NCBI GenBank assembly: GCA_037446215.1
Contig: JBBIJB010000029.1
Coordinates: 1-27,300, forward strand
Length of the DNA stretch: 27,300 nucleotides
Direction of reading: 5' to 3'
Source of the DNA: Armatimonadota bacterium
Lineage (GTDB): Bacteria; Sysuimicrobiota; Sysuimicrobiia; Sysuimicrobiales; Humicultoraceae
A program made the position numbers and the translations under genes. Positions 9,889-18,615 of this stretch are shown here, piece after piece. Every line of letters begins with the position of its first letter. Position 1 is the stretch's first letter. Below the pieces are notes generated by a model. It was not told the origin of the DNA and searched no databases. It saw nothing but the letters and a program-made list of their open reading frames with translations.

Positions 9889-10833
9889 ATGAGCGGCTAC
9901 ATCCTTCGCAGAGTGATTGCTCTCTTGCCGGTTCTGCTCATCGTCGCGACGGTGGGGTTCTTCCTTATCTACCTGACGCCGGGCGACCCCGCGTCGGTCA
10001 TGCTCGGCCCGGACGCCACGACCGACGACCTGGACAACCTGCGCCACCTGATGGGGCTCGACAGGCCGCTGCTGGTGCAGCTTGGGCGCTGGTACCTCCG
10101 GACGCTTCAGGCCGACTTCGGATACTCGATCTTCCTACAGAGGCCCGTGCTGAGCGCCATCTTCGAGCGGATCGAGCCGACGGCGCTGCTGACCTTGATG
10201 TCGCTGTTCGTGGCGGTCGCGATCGGGATCCCCGCGGGCGTCGTGGCCGCGGTCCGGCGGAACACCTGGGTGGATCAGTCCGCAATGGGGATAGCGCTGT
10301 TTGGCGTCTCCGTCCCGAACTTCTGGCTCGGGCTGAACCTGATCCTGGTCTTCTCGGTGTACTTCGGTCTGTTCCCGGTGGCGGGGTACGTGCCCCTGGC
10401 GCAGTCGCTCTCAGGGGCGCTTAGGTCCCTGGTCCTGCCGGCGTTCACGCTTGGGATCAGCAGTTCGGCGCTGATCGCCCGCATGACCAGGTCGAGCATG
10501 CTGGAGGTGCTGGGCCAGGACTACGTCCGTACGGCCAGGGCCAAGGGGAACAAGGAGCGCAAGGTGATCTACGGTCACGCCCTGCGCAACGCCATGATTC
10601 CCACCATAACGGTCATAGGGCTGGCAATGGGCGGACTGCTCTCGGGGGCGGTTGTTACCGAGACGGTCTTCGCGCTGCCGGGGGTCGGAAGGCTCGTGAT
10701 CTCGTCGGTGCTGCGCCGCGACTACCCCGTCGTGCAGGGTGTCCTGATGTTCATCGCCGCGATCTACGTCCTCGTGAACCTCCTCATAGACCTGCTCTAC
10801 GTCTACCTGGATCCCAGGGTCAAGTACGCGTGA
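9889..10833 (+). CDS. Peptide/nickel ABC transporter permease (DppB/OppB-like)
   Basis: PGDPA, RSSMLEVLGQDYVRTARAKG, HALRNA, ETVFALPGVG, RDYPVVQG. Confidence 0.93.
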   Translation: MSGYILRRVIALLPVLLIVATVGFFLIYLTPGDPASVMLGPDATTDDLDNLRHLMGLDRPLLVQLGRWYLRTLQADFGYSIFLQRPVLSAIFERIEPTALLTLMSLFVAVAIGIPAGVVAAVRRNTWVDQSAMGIALFGVSVPNFWLGLNLILVFSVYFGLFPVAGYVPLAQSLSGALRSLVLPAFTLGISSSALIARMTRSSMLEVLGQDYVRTARAKGNKERKVIYGHALRNAMIPTITVIGLAMGGLLSGAVVTETVFALPGVGRLVISSVLRRDYPVVQGVLMFIAAIYVLVNLLIDLLYVYLDPRVKYA

Positions 10834-10840
10834 GGTCGCG

Positions 10841-11743
10841 ATGAGCAACAGGGCAGGCTTGGCAGAGCATCCAGCGGCGATGAAGCCCCAGGCAGGGCCG
10901 TGGGCATCCGTGGCGAAGGGGCTGCGCCGCAGCACCTCCACGCTCGTCGGAGGGCTGATCGTCCTGGCCGTGGTGGCCGTGGCGCTCCTGGCGCCCGTCC
11001 TCTCGCCCTACGACCCGATGGAGATAGAGGTGCCCCGGCGCCTTGTGGGACCCGGCAGCACCCACCCCTTCGGTACCGACAACATGGGGCGCGACATCAT
11101 GAGCCGGGTGATCTACGGGGCCAGGATCTCGCTGACGGTGGGGATTCTCGTCGTAGCAGGCACCGCCCTGGCCGGCATAGTCGTGGGGCTCTCGGCGGGC
11201 TACGTGGACCGGCTCGACCGGATACTGATGCGGATCATGGACGGGCTGATGGCCTTCCCGAGCATCTTGCTGGCGGTGGCCCTGATGGCCGCCCTCGGGG
11301 CGAGGCTGTCGAACGTGATCATCGCGCTGGCGATCGTCTACACCCCTAACGTCGCCCGCGTGGTGCGCAGCGTCACGCTAGTCGTGCGCGAGCTCGACTA
11401 CGTGCAGGCGGCGCAGGCGCTGGGAGCGACCGACGCCAGGATACTCGGCCGGCACGTGCTGCCCAACTGCCTGGCTCCGGTCATCGTCCAGTGCACCTTC
11501 ATCTTCGCTCAGTCGGTCCTGGCAGAGGCCGCCCTGAGCTTCCTAGGGGTGGGCCTCCCGCCCTACATACCGAGCTGGGGGACGATAATCACCACAGGGC
11601 GGATGTTCATGCAGACCGCGCCGTGGATCACGATCTTCCCCGGGGTGGCCATCCTCGTTACCGTTCTGGGCCTGAACCTCCTAGGCGACGGACTCCGCGA
11701 CCTGGCGGATCCGAGGCTGCGCGGGCGCCTGGGAGAGGCGTGA
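10841..11743 (+). CDS. Peptide/nickel ABC transporter permease (DppC/OppC-like)
   Basis: HPFGTDNMGRDIMSRVIYGARISL, RHVLPN, EAALSFLG, NLLGDGLRD. Confidence 0.93.
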   Translation: MSNRAGLAEHPAAMKPQAGPWASVAKGLRRSTSTLVGGLIVLAVVAVALLAPVLSPYDPMEIEVPRRLVGPGSTHPFGTDNMGRDIMSRVIYGARISLTVGILVVAGTALAGIVVGLSAGYVDRLDRILMRIMDGLMAFPSILLAVALMAALGARLSNVIIALAIVYTPNVARVVRSVTLVVRELDYVQAAQALGATDARILGRHVLPNCLAPVIVQCTFIFAQSVLAEAALSFLGVGLPPYIPSWGTIITTGRMFMQTAPWITIFPGVAILVTVLGLNLLGDGLRDLADPRLRGRLGEA

Positions 11744-14397
11744 TGCACGGCACCGAACGGTCCGGCGGGATGGAGATCGCCCGCCGGTTCCTGCGCTTCT
11801 TCGAGGAGCGCGGCCACACGGTCGTTCCCAGCGCCTCGCTCGTCCCCGCCGGGGACCCCACGCTGCTCTTCACCAACGCCGGGATGGTCCAGTTCAAGGA
11901 TGTCTTCCTGGGGCTGGAGAGGCGATCGTACACCCGGGCCGCCTCGATACAGCGCTGCCTGCGCGTGAGCGGCAAGCACAACGATCTCGAGCAGGTGGGG
12001 CCGAGCCCGCGCCACCACACCCTCTTCTTCATGGCCGGGAACTTCAGCTTCGGCGACTACTTCAAGCGCGAGGCGATCGCCTACGCGAAGGAGTTCGTGG
12101 TCGGGGAGCTGGCGGTCCCGATGGATAGGCTCGTGGCGACCGTTCTGGCCGGGGACGATGAGGCCTACGGCCACTGGCTCGAGGCGGGCTTTCCCCCGGA
12201 GCGGATCCTGCAGATGGGGGAGAAGACCAACTTCTGGTCGATGGGAGACGTCGGCCCCTGTGGCCCCACGGCGGAACTGCACTACGATTGGGGCCCAGAG
12301 AGATGCAACTGCGGGCAGCCCGAGTGCGGGGTCGCGCTGGACAACGGGTGTGAGCGGTGGCTGGAGATCTGGAACCTGGTCTTCATGCAGTTCGATCAGG
12401 CCCCAGACGGCACCCGCAGGCCCCTCCCGAGGCCGGGCGTGGACACGGGGATGGGCCTGGAGCGGATCACGTCGATCGTCCAGCAATCGGCCACGAACTA
12501 CGACACCGACCTCTTCAGCCCGGTGGCCGACAGGATCCAGGAGATGCTTGGCCACACCGAGGAGCAGCGCGAAGAGGCGACGGTCGCGTACCGGGTCTTG
12601 GCGGATCACGGCCGCGCCGCCGCCTACCTGGTCTCCGACGAGGTGACGCCGGGCAACGAGGGGCGCTCGTACGTCCTGCGGATGATACTCCGCCGCGCCT
12701 TGAGGTTCGGGCGCCGGCTGGGATTCGAGGGGCCGTTCCTCGCTGAGGTGGCCGACGCCGTGATCGGGCTGATGGGTCAGGACCACAGGGAGCTCGTGGC
12801 GCGGCGGGACTACGTCCTCAGGGTGATCGGGGCCGAGGAGGACCGGTTCTCCCATACGCTGGCGGCGGGGCTGGAGCGGGCGGCCGAGATGATAGCATCC
12901 GCGCGCGAGCAGGGAGAGGGAACGCTCTCGGGCATCGGCGCCTTCCGGCTCTACGACACCTACGGCTTTCCGCTCGAGATGACCCGTGACCTCGCGGCCG
13001 AGGCGGGACTGGGCCTTGACGAGGCCGGGTTCGCGAGGGAGATGGAGGCCCAGCGGCAGAGGAGCCGCGAGGGCGCCGCCGGGGCAGGCGCGGCGCTGGA
13101 GACGGGCCTGCCGGCCGACGTCGCGCCCACGTCGTTTACCGGCTACTCACGCGACTTTGCCCCAGGAACGGTGTTGGCGCTCCTGCGGGACGGTGCGCGC
13201 ATCGAGGAGGCCGGGCGCGGCCAGGACGTGGTCGTGGTGCTCGACGCCACCCCGTTCTACGCGGAGGCCGGGGGCCAGGTGGGGGATACGGGCAGGATCT
13301 CGGCCCGCGGGCTGACGCTCGAGGTGTTGGATACGCGAAGGATCACGGCCTCTCACACGGGCCATCTCTGCAGGGTCATGCGCGGCCGGGTGCGGACGGG
13401 AGCGCGCGTCCGCGCCGCCGTGGACAGGGAGCGGCGGGCGGCGATCAAGCGCCACCACACCGCCACGCATCTCCTGCACCAGGCCCTCGGCGAGGTGCTG
13501 GGCGGCCACGTCGGCCAGGCCGGCTCGCTGGTGGCTCCCGAACGCCTCCGCTTCGACTTCACCCACGCCGTCCCCCTCTCGCCGTCGGAGCGCGAGGCGG
13601 TCCAGCGCAGGGTGAACGAGATGGTGATGAGCGCGAGGCGCGTGAGGGCGGCCACGATGCCTCTTGAACAGGCGCAGCGCAGCGGTGCGAAGGCCCTCTT
13701 CGGGGAGAAGTACGGTGAGCATGCTCGGGTGATCGATATCGACGGGACCAGCCGTGAGCTTTGTGGGGGCACGCACCTCTCCAACACGGGGCAGGTGGGG
13801 CTGTTCACAATAACGTCCGAGGGCGGCGTGGCCGCCGGGATAAGGCGGATCGAGGCCGTGGCGGGCTGGCAGGCGTACGAGCGGGCGGGCGACCTCGAGC
13901 GCCTGGTGGCCGAGTTGTCCGGCGTGCTCAAGGCGGCTCCAGCGGAGCTCGCCGAGCGTGCCAGGCGTCTCGCAGATGGCGTCAGGAGGCTCGAGCGCGA
14001 GCGTGAGACGCTCCAGAGGCAGGGCGCCCCGGCGCCGGTCTCGCTCGCCGAGCAAGACGTCGGCGGTGTCAAGGTGGTGACCTCACGCGTCGACGGGGCC
14101 GCGCAGGACGCGTTGCGGGCGGTTGGGGACCGCCTCAGGGAGCAGCGGGGTGAGGGTGCCTACCTGATCGGGGGCGTGGTCGGCGAGAAGGTGAACCTCG
14201 TCGCGATGGTGACAGCGGGTCCGAGAGAACGCGGCCTGAGGGCCGACGATCTAGTGCGCGCGGCCGCCGGGAGGCTCGGCGGATCCGGAGGCGGAAGGGC
14301 GGATCTCGCGCAGGGCGCCGGTCGCGACCCGGCCCGGCTGGACGAGGCCCTCGCGGCGGTTCCCGAGGATGTCGGCCGACTCATTGGATCGCGGTAG
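11743..14397 (+). CDS. alaS: Alanine--tRNA ligase
   Basis: DPTLLFTNAGMVQFK, GNFSFGDYFK, EIWNLVFMQ, DTGMGLER, editing motifs HTATH and ELCGGTH, C-terminal GGSGGG. ATG overlaps the permease stop (TGATG). Confidence 0.97.
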   Translation: MHGTERSGGMEIARRFLRFFEERGHTVVPSASLVPAGDPTLLFTNAGMVQFKDVFLGLERRSYTRAASIQRCLRVSGKHNDLEQVGPSPRHHTLFFMAGNFSFGDYFKREAIAYAKEFVVGELAVPMDRLVATVLAGDDEAYGHWLEAGFPPERILQMGEKTNFWSMGDVGPCGPTAELHYDWGPERCNCGQPECGVALDNGCERWLEIWNLVFMQFDQAPDGTRRPLPRPGVDTGMGLERITSIVQQSATNYDTDLFSPVADRIQEMLGHTEEQREEATVAYRVLADHGRAAAYLVSDEVTPGNEGRSYVLRMILRRALRFGRRLGFEGPFLAEVADAVIGLMGQDHRELVARRDYVLRVIGAEEDRFSHTLAAGLERAAEMIASAREQGEGTLSGIGAFRLYDTYGFPLEMTRDLAAEAGLGLDEAGFAREMEAQRQRSREGAAGAGAALETGLPADVAPTSFTGYSRDFAPGTVLALLRDGARIEEAGRGQDVVVVLDATPFYAEAGGQVGDTGRISARGLTLEVLDTRRITASHTGHLCRVMRGRVRTGARVRAAVDRERRAAIKRHHTATHLLHQALGEVLGGHVGQAGSLVAPERLRFDFTHAVPLSPSEREAVQRRVNEMVMSARRVRAATMPLEQAQRSGAKALFGEKYGEHARVIDIDGTSRELCGGTHLSNTGQVGLFTITSEGGVAAGIRRIEAVAGWQAYERAGDLERLVAELSGVLKAAPAELAERARRLADGVRRLERERETLQRQGAPAPVSLAEQDVGGVKVVTSRVDGAAQDALRAVGDRLREQRGEGAYLIGGVVGEKVNLVAMVTAGPRERGLRADDLVRAAAGRLGGSGGGRADLAQGAGRDPARLDEALAAVPEDVGRLIGSR

Positions 14398-14839
14398 ACC
14401 AATCCGCGTGATGGCGATCGACCACGGCGAGCGCCGGCTCGGGATAGCGCTCAGCGATCCCTCCGGGGTGATCGCGCTTCCATTCGAGGTCCTGGAGCGA
14501 TCCGGTTGGTCAAGGGACCTCGCCCACATTCGGGGGCTGATCGAGACCTACGGGGTAGGCGAGGTGATCGTCGGCAGGCCGCTGACGACGCGCGGCGAGG
14601 TAGGAGGTCAGACCCGCCACGCCGCGAGGTTCGCGGCGCGTCTAAGGGCGTCTATCGGCATCCCGGTGAGGGAGGTCGATGAGCGGTTCTCAACCGCTGC
14701 CGCGGAGCGGAGCATGCGCGAGGCAGGGGTCAGCCAGAGGCAGGGGCGCACGAAGAGAGACGCCGCCGCGGCCGCCCTTATCCTGCAGCCGTACCTCGAT
14801 CGTCGCAGGACGCAGACACCATTGCCCGGGCTGGAGTAA
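14384..14839 (+). CDS. ruvX: Holliday junction resolvase-like / pre-16S rRNA nuclease YqgF/RuvX
   Basis: AIDHGERRLGIALSD, IVGRP, VDERFST, DAAAAALILQ; follows alaS. Start uncertain (14369, 14384 or 14411). Confidence 0.92.
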   Translation: MDRGRPIRVMAIDHGERRLGIALSDPSGVIALPFEVLERSGWSRDLAHIRGLIETYGVGEVIVGRPLTTRGEVGGQTRHAARFAARLRASIGIPVREVDERFSTAAAERSMREAGVSQRQGRTKRDAAAAALILQPYLDRRRTQTPLPGLE

Positions 14840-14850
14840 GGTGCTATGCT
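14822..14850 (+). promoter_or_regulatory. Possible internal sigma70 promoter for DUF1292-mltG-yqeG
   Basis: TTGCCC-N17-TATGCT with an extended -10 TG. Confidence 0.4.
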
Positions 14851-14920
14851 CCGGCCGGGATGGACCGGCGGTAGGACCCAGACGTCGCCGCGCGAACGTG
14901 GAAGTTGCCGGAGGTGTTTC

Positions 14921-15280
14921 GTGATCGAGGAGCTAGACGTCGTCACCCTGCAGGATGAGGACGGGGCCGAGCACCGGTTCAACGTCGTCGACATCGTCGA
15001 GGTGGAGCGCCGCCGCTACGCGATCCTGCTCCCAGAGGACGAGGAGGACGCCGCGGCCGTCGTCTTTCGGATGGAGAGCGACGACAGGATGATCCCGATA
15101 GAGGACGATGAGGAGCTCGGCCGGGTCATGGCCGCCCTGGAGGAGACCGAAGGGTACAGCGAGATCATCATCGAGGAGGGCGAGGAGGACGAGGAGGACA
15201 TGGGCCTCCTCGACGACCTGGGCGACGCCTTCGAGGCCAACGGCGACAACTCCGACGCCGAGGACGAGGACGACTCGTAG
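14921..15280 (+). CDS. DUF1292 (YrzB-like) acidic protein
   Basis: VVTLQDEDGAEHRFNVVDIVEVERRRYAILLP...PIEDDEEL; GGAGG RBS before GTG 14921; conserved position between ruvX and mltG. Confidence 0.88.
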   Translation: MIEELDVVTLQDEDGAEHRFNVVDIVEVERRRYAILLPEDEEDAAAVVFRMESDDRMIPIEDDEELGRVMAALEETEGYSEIIIEEGEEDEEDMGLLDDLGDAFEANGDNSDAEDEDDS

Positions 15281-15297
15281 GCTCCATCGCCTCTGGC

Positions 15298-16374
15298 ATG
15301 ATGCCGGCTGGATCCACGCCGCCCCCGAGAACCCCGAAGACTCAAGTCAACGTGCGCGCGGCACTGCCTGTCCTGGCGGCCGCGCTGGTGCTGGTCGCGC
15401 TCGCGGCCGCCGTGTGCCTTTGGTGGGAGCTCAGGCCTCTATTGGGGCGGGATGGTCCGGTCTCCGCGGCAGGTCCTTCGCCCAAGACAGTAGTGATACC
15501 GCCGGGCGAGTCCGCCCGCCAGATCGGTCAGCGGCTGGAGCAGGCGGGCGTCGTCCGTAGCGCGCGCGCGTTCGTTCTGGCTGCGCGGATCACCGGCGTC
15601 GCCGGCAGCCTGAGGCACGGAGAGTACTCCCTGTCGCCGACCCAGGGCGCCCTGGAGATAGCGGGAGTGCTGGCACGGGGGGAGAGCGTCCTCCACCGTG
15701 TGACCATCCCGGAAGGATACACCGTGGCGCAGATCGCCGAGCTGCTCGCCGGCATGGGGCTGGCAGGCCGCGAGCGCCTGACCGAGCTGGCCACCGCCGG
15801 TGCCCACCGCTTCCCGAGGGCGACTCTCCGGAACCTCCCGATCGACAGCCTGGAGGGCTATCTCTTCCCCGACACCTACTACCTGGCGAAGGGGCTGGGC
15901 GAGGCCGCGGTGATCGAGCATCTCCTCAACCGATTCGACGCCGCCGTGGGCGCCGCCCTACGCGATGCCGCGGCTGCCAGGGGGCTCACCCTGCACCAGC
16001 TCATAACGATCGCCTCGCTGATAGAGAGGGAGGCCAGGGTGGCATCCGAGAGGCCGATCATCGCGGGCGTGATATTCAACAGGCTCGAGAGAGGCATGAA
16101 GCTCGAGATCGACGCCTCGGTGCTTTACGCGCTCGGAAGCCACAAGCCGATCGTGACCTACGCCGACCTGGAGGTCGACTCCCCCTACAACACCTACAGG
16201 TATCCGGGCCTGCCTCCCGGCCCCATAGCCAACCCCGGACTCGCGGCCATCGCGGCGGCCGCCGCCCCGGCACAGACCCCGTACCTGTACTACGTGCTCA
16301 AGCCCGACGGCACGCACCAGTTCAGCCGCACGCTGGAGGAACACAACCGGGCCGTGAGGCGATACCGGCCTTGA
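15298..16374 (+). CDS. mltG: Endolytic transglycosylase MltG (YceG-like)
   Basis: N-terminal TM, VTIPEG, LEGYLFPDTY, ASLIERE, SPYNTY, GLPPGPIANPG. Confidence 0.95.
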   Translation: MMPAGSTPPPRTPKTQVNVRAALPVLAAALVLVALAAAVCLWWELRPLLGRDGPVSAAGPSPKTVVIPPGESARQIGQRLEQAGVVRSARAFVLAARITGVAGSLRHGEYSLSPTQGALEIAGVLARGESVLHRVTIPEGYTVAQIAELLAGMGLAGRERLTELATAGAHRFPRATLRNLPIDSLEGYLFPDTYYLAKGLGEAAVIEHLLNRFDAAVGAALRDAAAARGLTLHQLITIASLIEREARVASERPIIAGVIFNRLERGMKLEIDASVLYALGSHKPIVTYADLEVDSPYNTYRYPGLPPGPIANPGLAAIAAAAAPAQTPYLYYVLKPDGTHQFSRTLEEHNRAVRRYRP

Positions 16375-16889
16375 TCGGGCTGCTGCGGCTCCTGCTTCCC
16401 AGTCACCGCGTCGGTGCCGTATTCGATCTCTCCCCGGATCTCCTCAGGGAGTGGGGAATCGATGCCCTCATGCTCGACCTCGACAACACGCTGCTGGCCT
16501 GGGGCGAGTCAGCCCCGCCGCCGGAGGTGAGCAACTGGCTCGATGAGATCCGGCGCAGCGGGATTCCCGCGTGCCTCGTCTCCAACAGCCTCTCGGGGCG
16601 GTCGCGGGATGCCGCCTCCCTGCTCGGCCTTCCGATCGCGACCGGCCGCTTCAAGCCGAGCGCGGACAAGCTTAGGCGGGCGCTCGTGATACTGGGCACC
16701 GCCCCGGAGCGAACTGCGATGGTAGGAGACCAACTCTTCACCGACATCCTCGCCGGGAACAGGCTGGGCGTGCCCACCATCCTCACCTCGCCGCTCAGCC
16801 CCCGGGAGCCGCTGCGGATCCACCTGGTGCGCGCACTGGAGCGGATCTTCCTCTCGGTGCTCGCCCTGAGGGACGGCAGGGGGGACTAG
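16371..16889 (+). CDS. yqeG: YqeG-family HAD IIIA phosphatase
   Basis: DLDNTL, VSN, KP and VGDQLFTDILAGNRLG motifs. Confidence 0.9.
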   Translation: MIGLLRLLLPSHRVGAVFDLSPDLLREWGIDALMLDLDNTLLAWGESAPPPEVSNWLDEIRRSGIPACLVSNSLSGRSRDAASLLGLPIATGRFKPSADKLRRALVILGTAPERTAMVGDQLFTDILAGNRLGVPTILTSPLSPREPLRIHLVRALERIFLSVLALRDGRGD

Positions 16890-16909
16890 GAGGTTCGTGG
16901 TGGGGGCAC
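16884..16909 (+). promoter_or_regulatory. Putative SigB-type promoter, copy 2 (GACTAG-N14-GGGCAC)
   Basis: Matches the repeated motif. Overlaps the yqeG stop codon and lies upstream of ATG 16972 of the HD-GYP gene. Confidence 0.5.
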
Positions 16910-16971
16910 CTTACGCCAGGGACGAGGACGCCGCCGGGCCGTCCGCGGCGAGCCCAGGAGGCAGAGACCGG

Positions 16972-18612
16972 ATGCTTGGATGGTGGCGGGTGGCCGCAAG
17001 GGGGCTGGGCGCGGTAGTGGCCGCCGCGGCCCTTGCCGGGGCCGGTAGCGGGATCCCGTGGCTCCCGGCGCTGGCCCTTCTCGCGCTCCTTCCCGGGAAC
17101 GGGCTGATCCTGGAGGCCTACCTCCGGCGGCCGGGCGCCAAGGCTGAGGTTCCCGCGGATCAGGAGTCGGACGCCGCCGAACCCCCCCGCGTCCACGGCC
17201 GCGCTCCGCACGCCGCCGCTGCCGTGGACGCCGCGTCGATCTCGGCGCTGCTGGTCGTGACCGGGGGGCGAGGCGAGGTCTTCTTCCTCTACTTCCTGGC
17301 CATCGCCTGGGGTGCCCTCGGGTGGGGCCCCCGGGTCGCCGTTAGCGCGGCGGTGATGGCCGCGGGCGCCTTCACGGCGTCCCAGCTCCTCCTCAGCGCG
17401 CCCCTCGCTGCCACCGCTGGTCAGGCGGCGCTGCTGCTCGCCGCGGGGCTGACGATCGGGCTGGCCGAGCTCCGCCGCGTCGGGGCCGCAGCTGCCGGGC
17501 AGCGCGTCGTCCGTCATGCCCTCCGGCGCAACCGGATGGCGGAGGTGCTCCGGGGGGCGCTGGCAGCGCCCGGCCCTCCGGAGCTGCCGGAGCGGTCGCG
17601 CTGGCTGCTGGAGTGGGCGATGCGCCTGGGCCGCTGCGATTGGGGTGCGGTGGTGGTGCTCAACCCCGACGAGCGCCCCGTCGTTGAGGCCGAGTCAGAC
17701 GGGGCCGGCGGCATACGCTCCCCCCGCGAGGAGGTGCCGAGAACGGCGGTTCTCGACGACGCCCTCTCGACCGGCCGGCCGCAGCGCACCGCGGACGCCT
17801 CAGGAGACGCCCAGTGGTCGGACGTCACCAGGGCCCACGCGGTCCGCGGGGCGGTGCTGATCCCGATGGTGTCTGACGGCAAACCTTTGGGCGCCCTGGC
17901 GCTCGGGCGCAGCGCGGCGGGCGAGGTCGCCCCCGTCGATCTCGATCCCGTGGTGGCGCTGGCCGGCGCGGCGGCCCCGCTGCTGAGGGACGGACAGCTG
18001 CACGGCCAATCCCACGAGTTCCTGCTGAGCATGGTCAACACGCTGACCGCCGCGCTAGAGGCAAAGGATCCTTACACGCGCGGGCACTCCCAGCGCGTGG
18101 CCACCAATGCCGCCGCGATCGCCGCCGAGATGGGCCTTCCGCCGGGCGAGGTCGAGCGCGTTCGGTGGGCCGGCCTGCTGCACGACATCGGCAAGATCGC
18201 CATTCCGGAGCCGATCCTGCGAAAGCGCGGCCCCCTCACCGACGAGGAGCGGGCGCTGATGAACCTGCACCCGGACCGGGGCGCGGACATCCTGGCCGAG
18301 ATAGCGCCGTTTCGCCAGTTCGTCCCCTACGTCCTCTACCACCAGGAGGCCTACGACGGAAGCGGCTACCCCGAGGGGCTGGCGGGAGAGGCGATCCCTA
18401 TGGGGGCCCGCATCATCCGGGTCGCGGACACGTTCGACGCCCTCATCTCGCACAGGCCGTACCGTCGCGGGCGCACGGTCGAGAGCGCCATGGAGGAGAT
18501 GCGCTCGATGGCGGGGACCGGGCTGGACCCCGCGCTCGTCGACGTGTTCATGAGGATCCTTGCAGAGAAGCCGCCCTTCGAGGTGCAGTTGCGCCGATGG
18601 AGGGACGGTTGA
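16972..18612 (+). CDS. Membrane protein with GAF and HD-GYP domains (putative cyclic dinucleotide phosphodiesterase)
   Basis: Several N-terminal TM segments, GAF-like region (AVLIPMVSDGKPLGALALG), EAKDPYTRGHSQRV, LLHDIGK, YHQEAYDGSGYPEGL, VADTFDA, RPYR. ATG 16972 has AGGAGG about 10 nt upstream; GTG 16897 is the alternative start. Confidence 0.88.
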   Translation: MLGWWRVAARGLGAVVAAAALAGAGSGIPWLPALALLALLPGNGLILEAYLRRPGAKAEVPADQESDAAEPPRVHGRAPHAAAAVDAASISALLVVTGGRGEVFFLYFLAIAWGALGWGPRVAVSAAVMAAGAFTASQLLLSAPLAATAGQAALLLAAGLTIGLAELRRVGAAAAGQRVVRHALRRNRMAEVLRGALAAPGPPELPERSRWLLEWAMRLGRCDWGAVVVLNPDERPVVEAESDGAGGIRSPREEVPRTAVLDDALSTGRPQRTADASGDAQWSDVTRAHAVRGAVLIPMVSDGKPLGALALGRSAAGEVAPVDLDPVVALAGAAAPLLRDGQLHGQSHEFLLSMVNTLTAALEAKDPYTRGHSQRVATNAAAIAAEMGLPPGEVERVRWAGLLHDIGKIAIPEPILRKRGPLTDEERALMNLHPDRGADILAEIAPFRQFVPYVLYHQEAYDGSGYPEGLAGEAIPMGARIIRVADTFDALISHRPYRRGRTVESAMEEMRSMAGTGLDPALVDVFMRILAEKPPFEVQLRRWRDG

Positions 18613-18615
18613 GGG

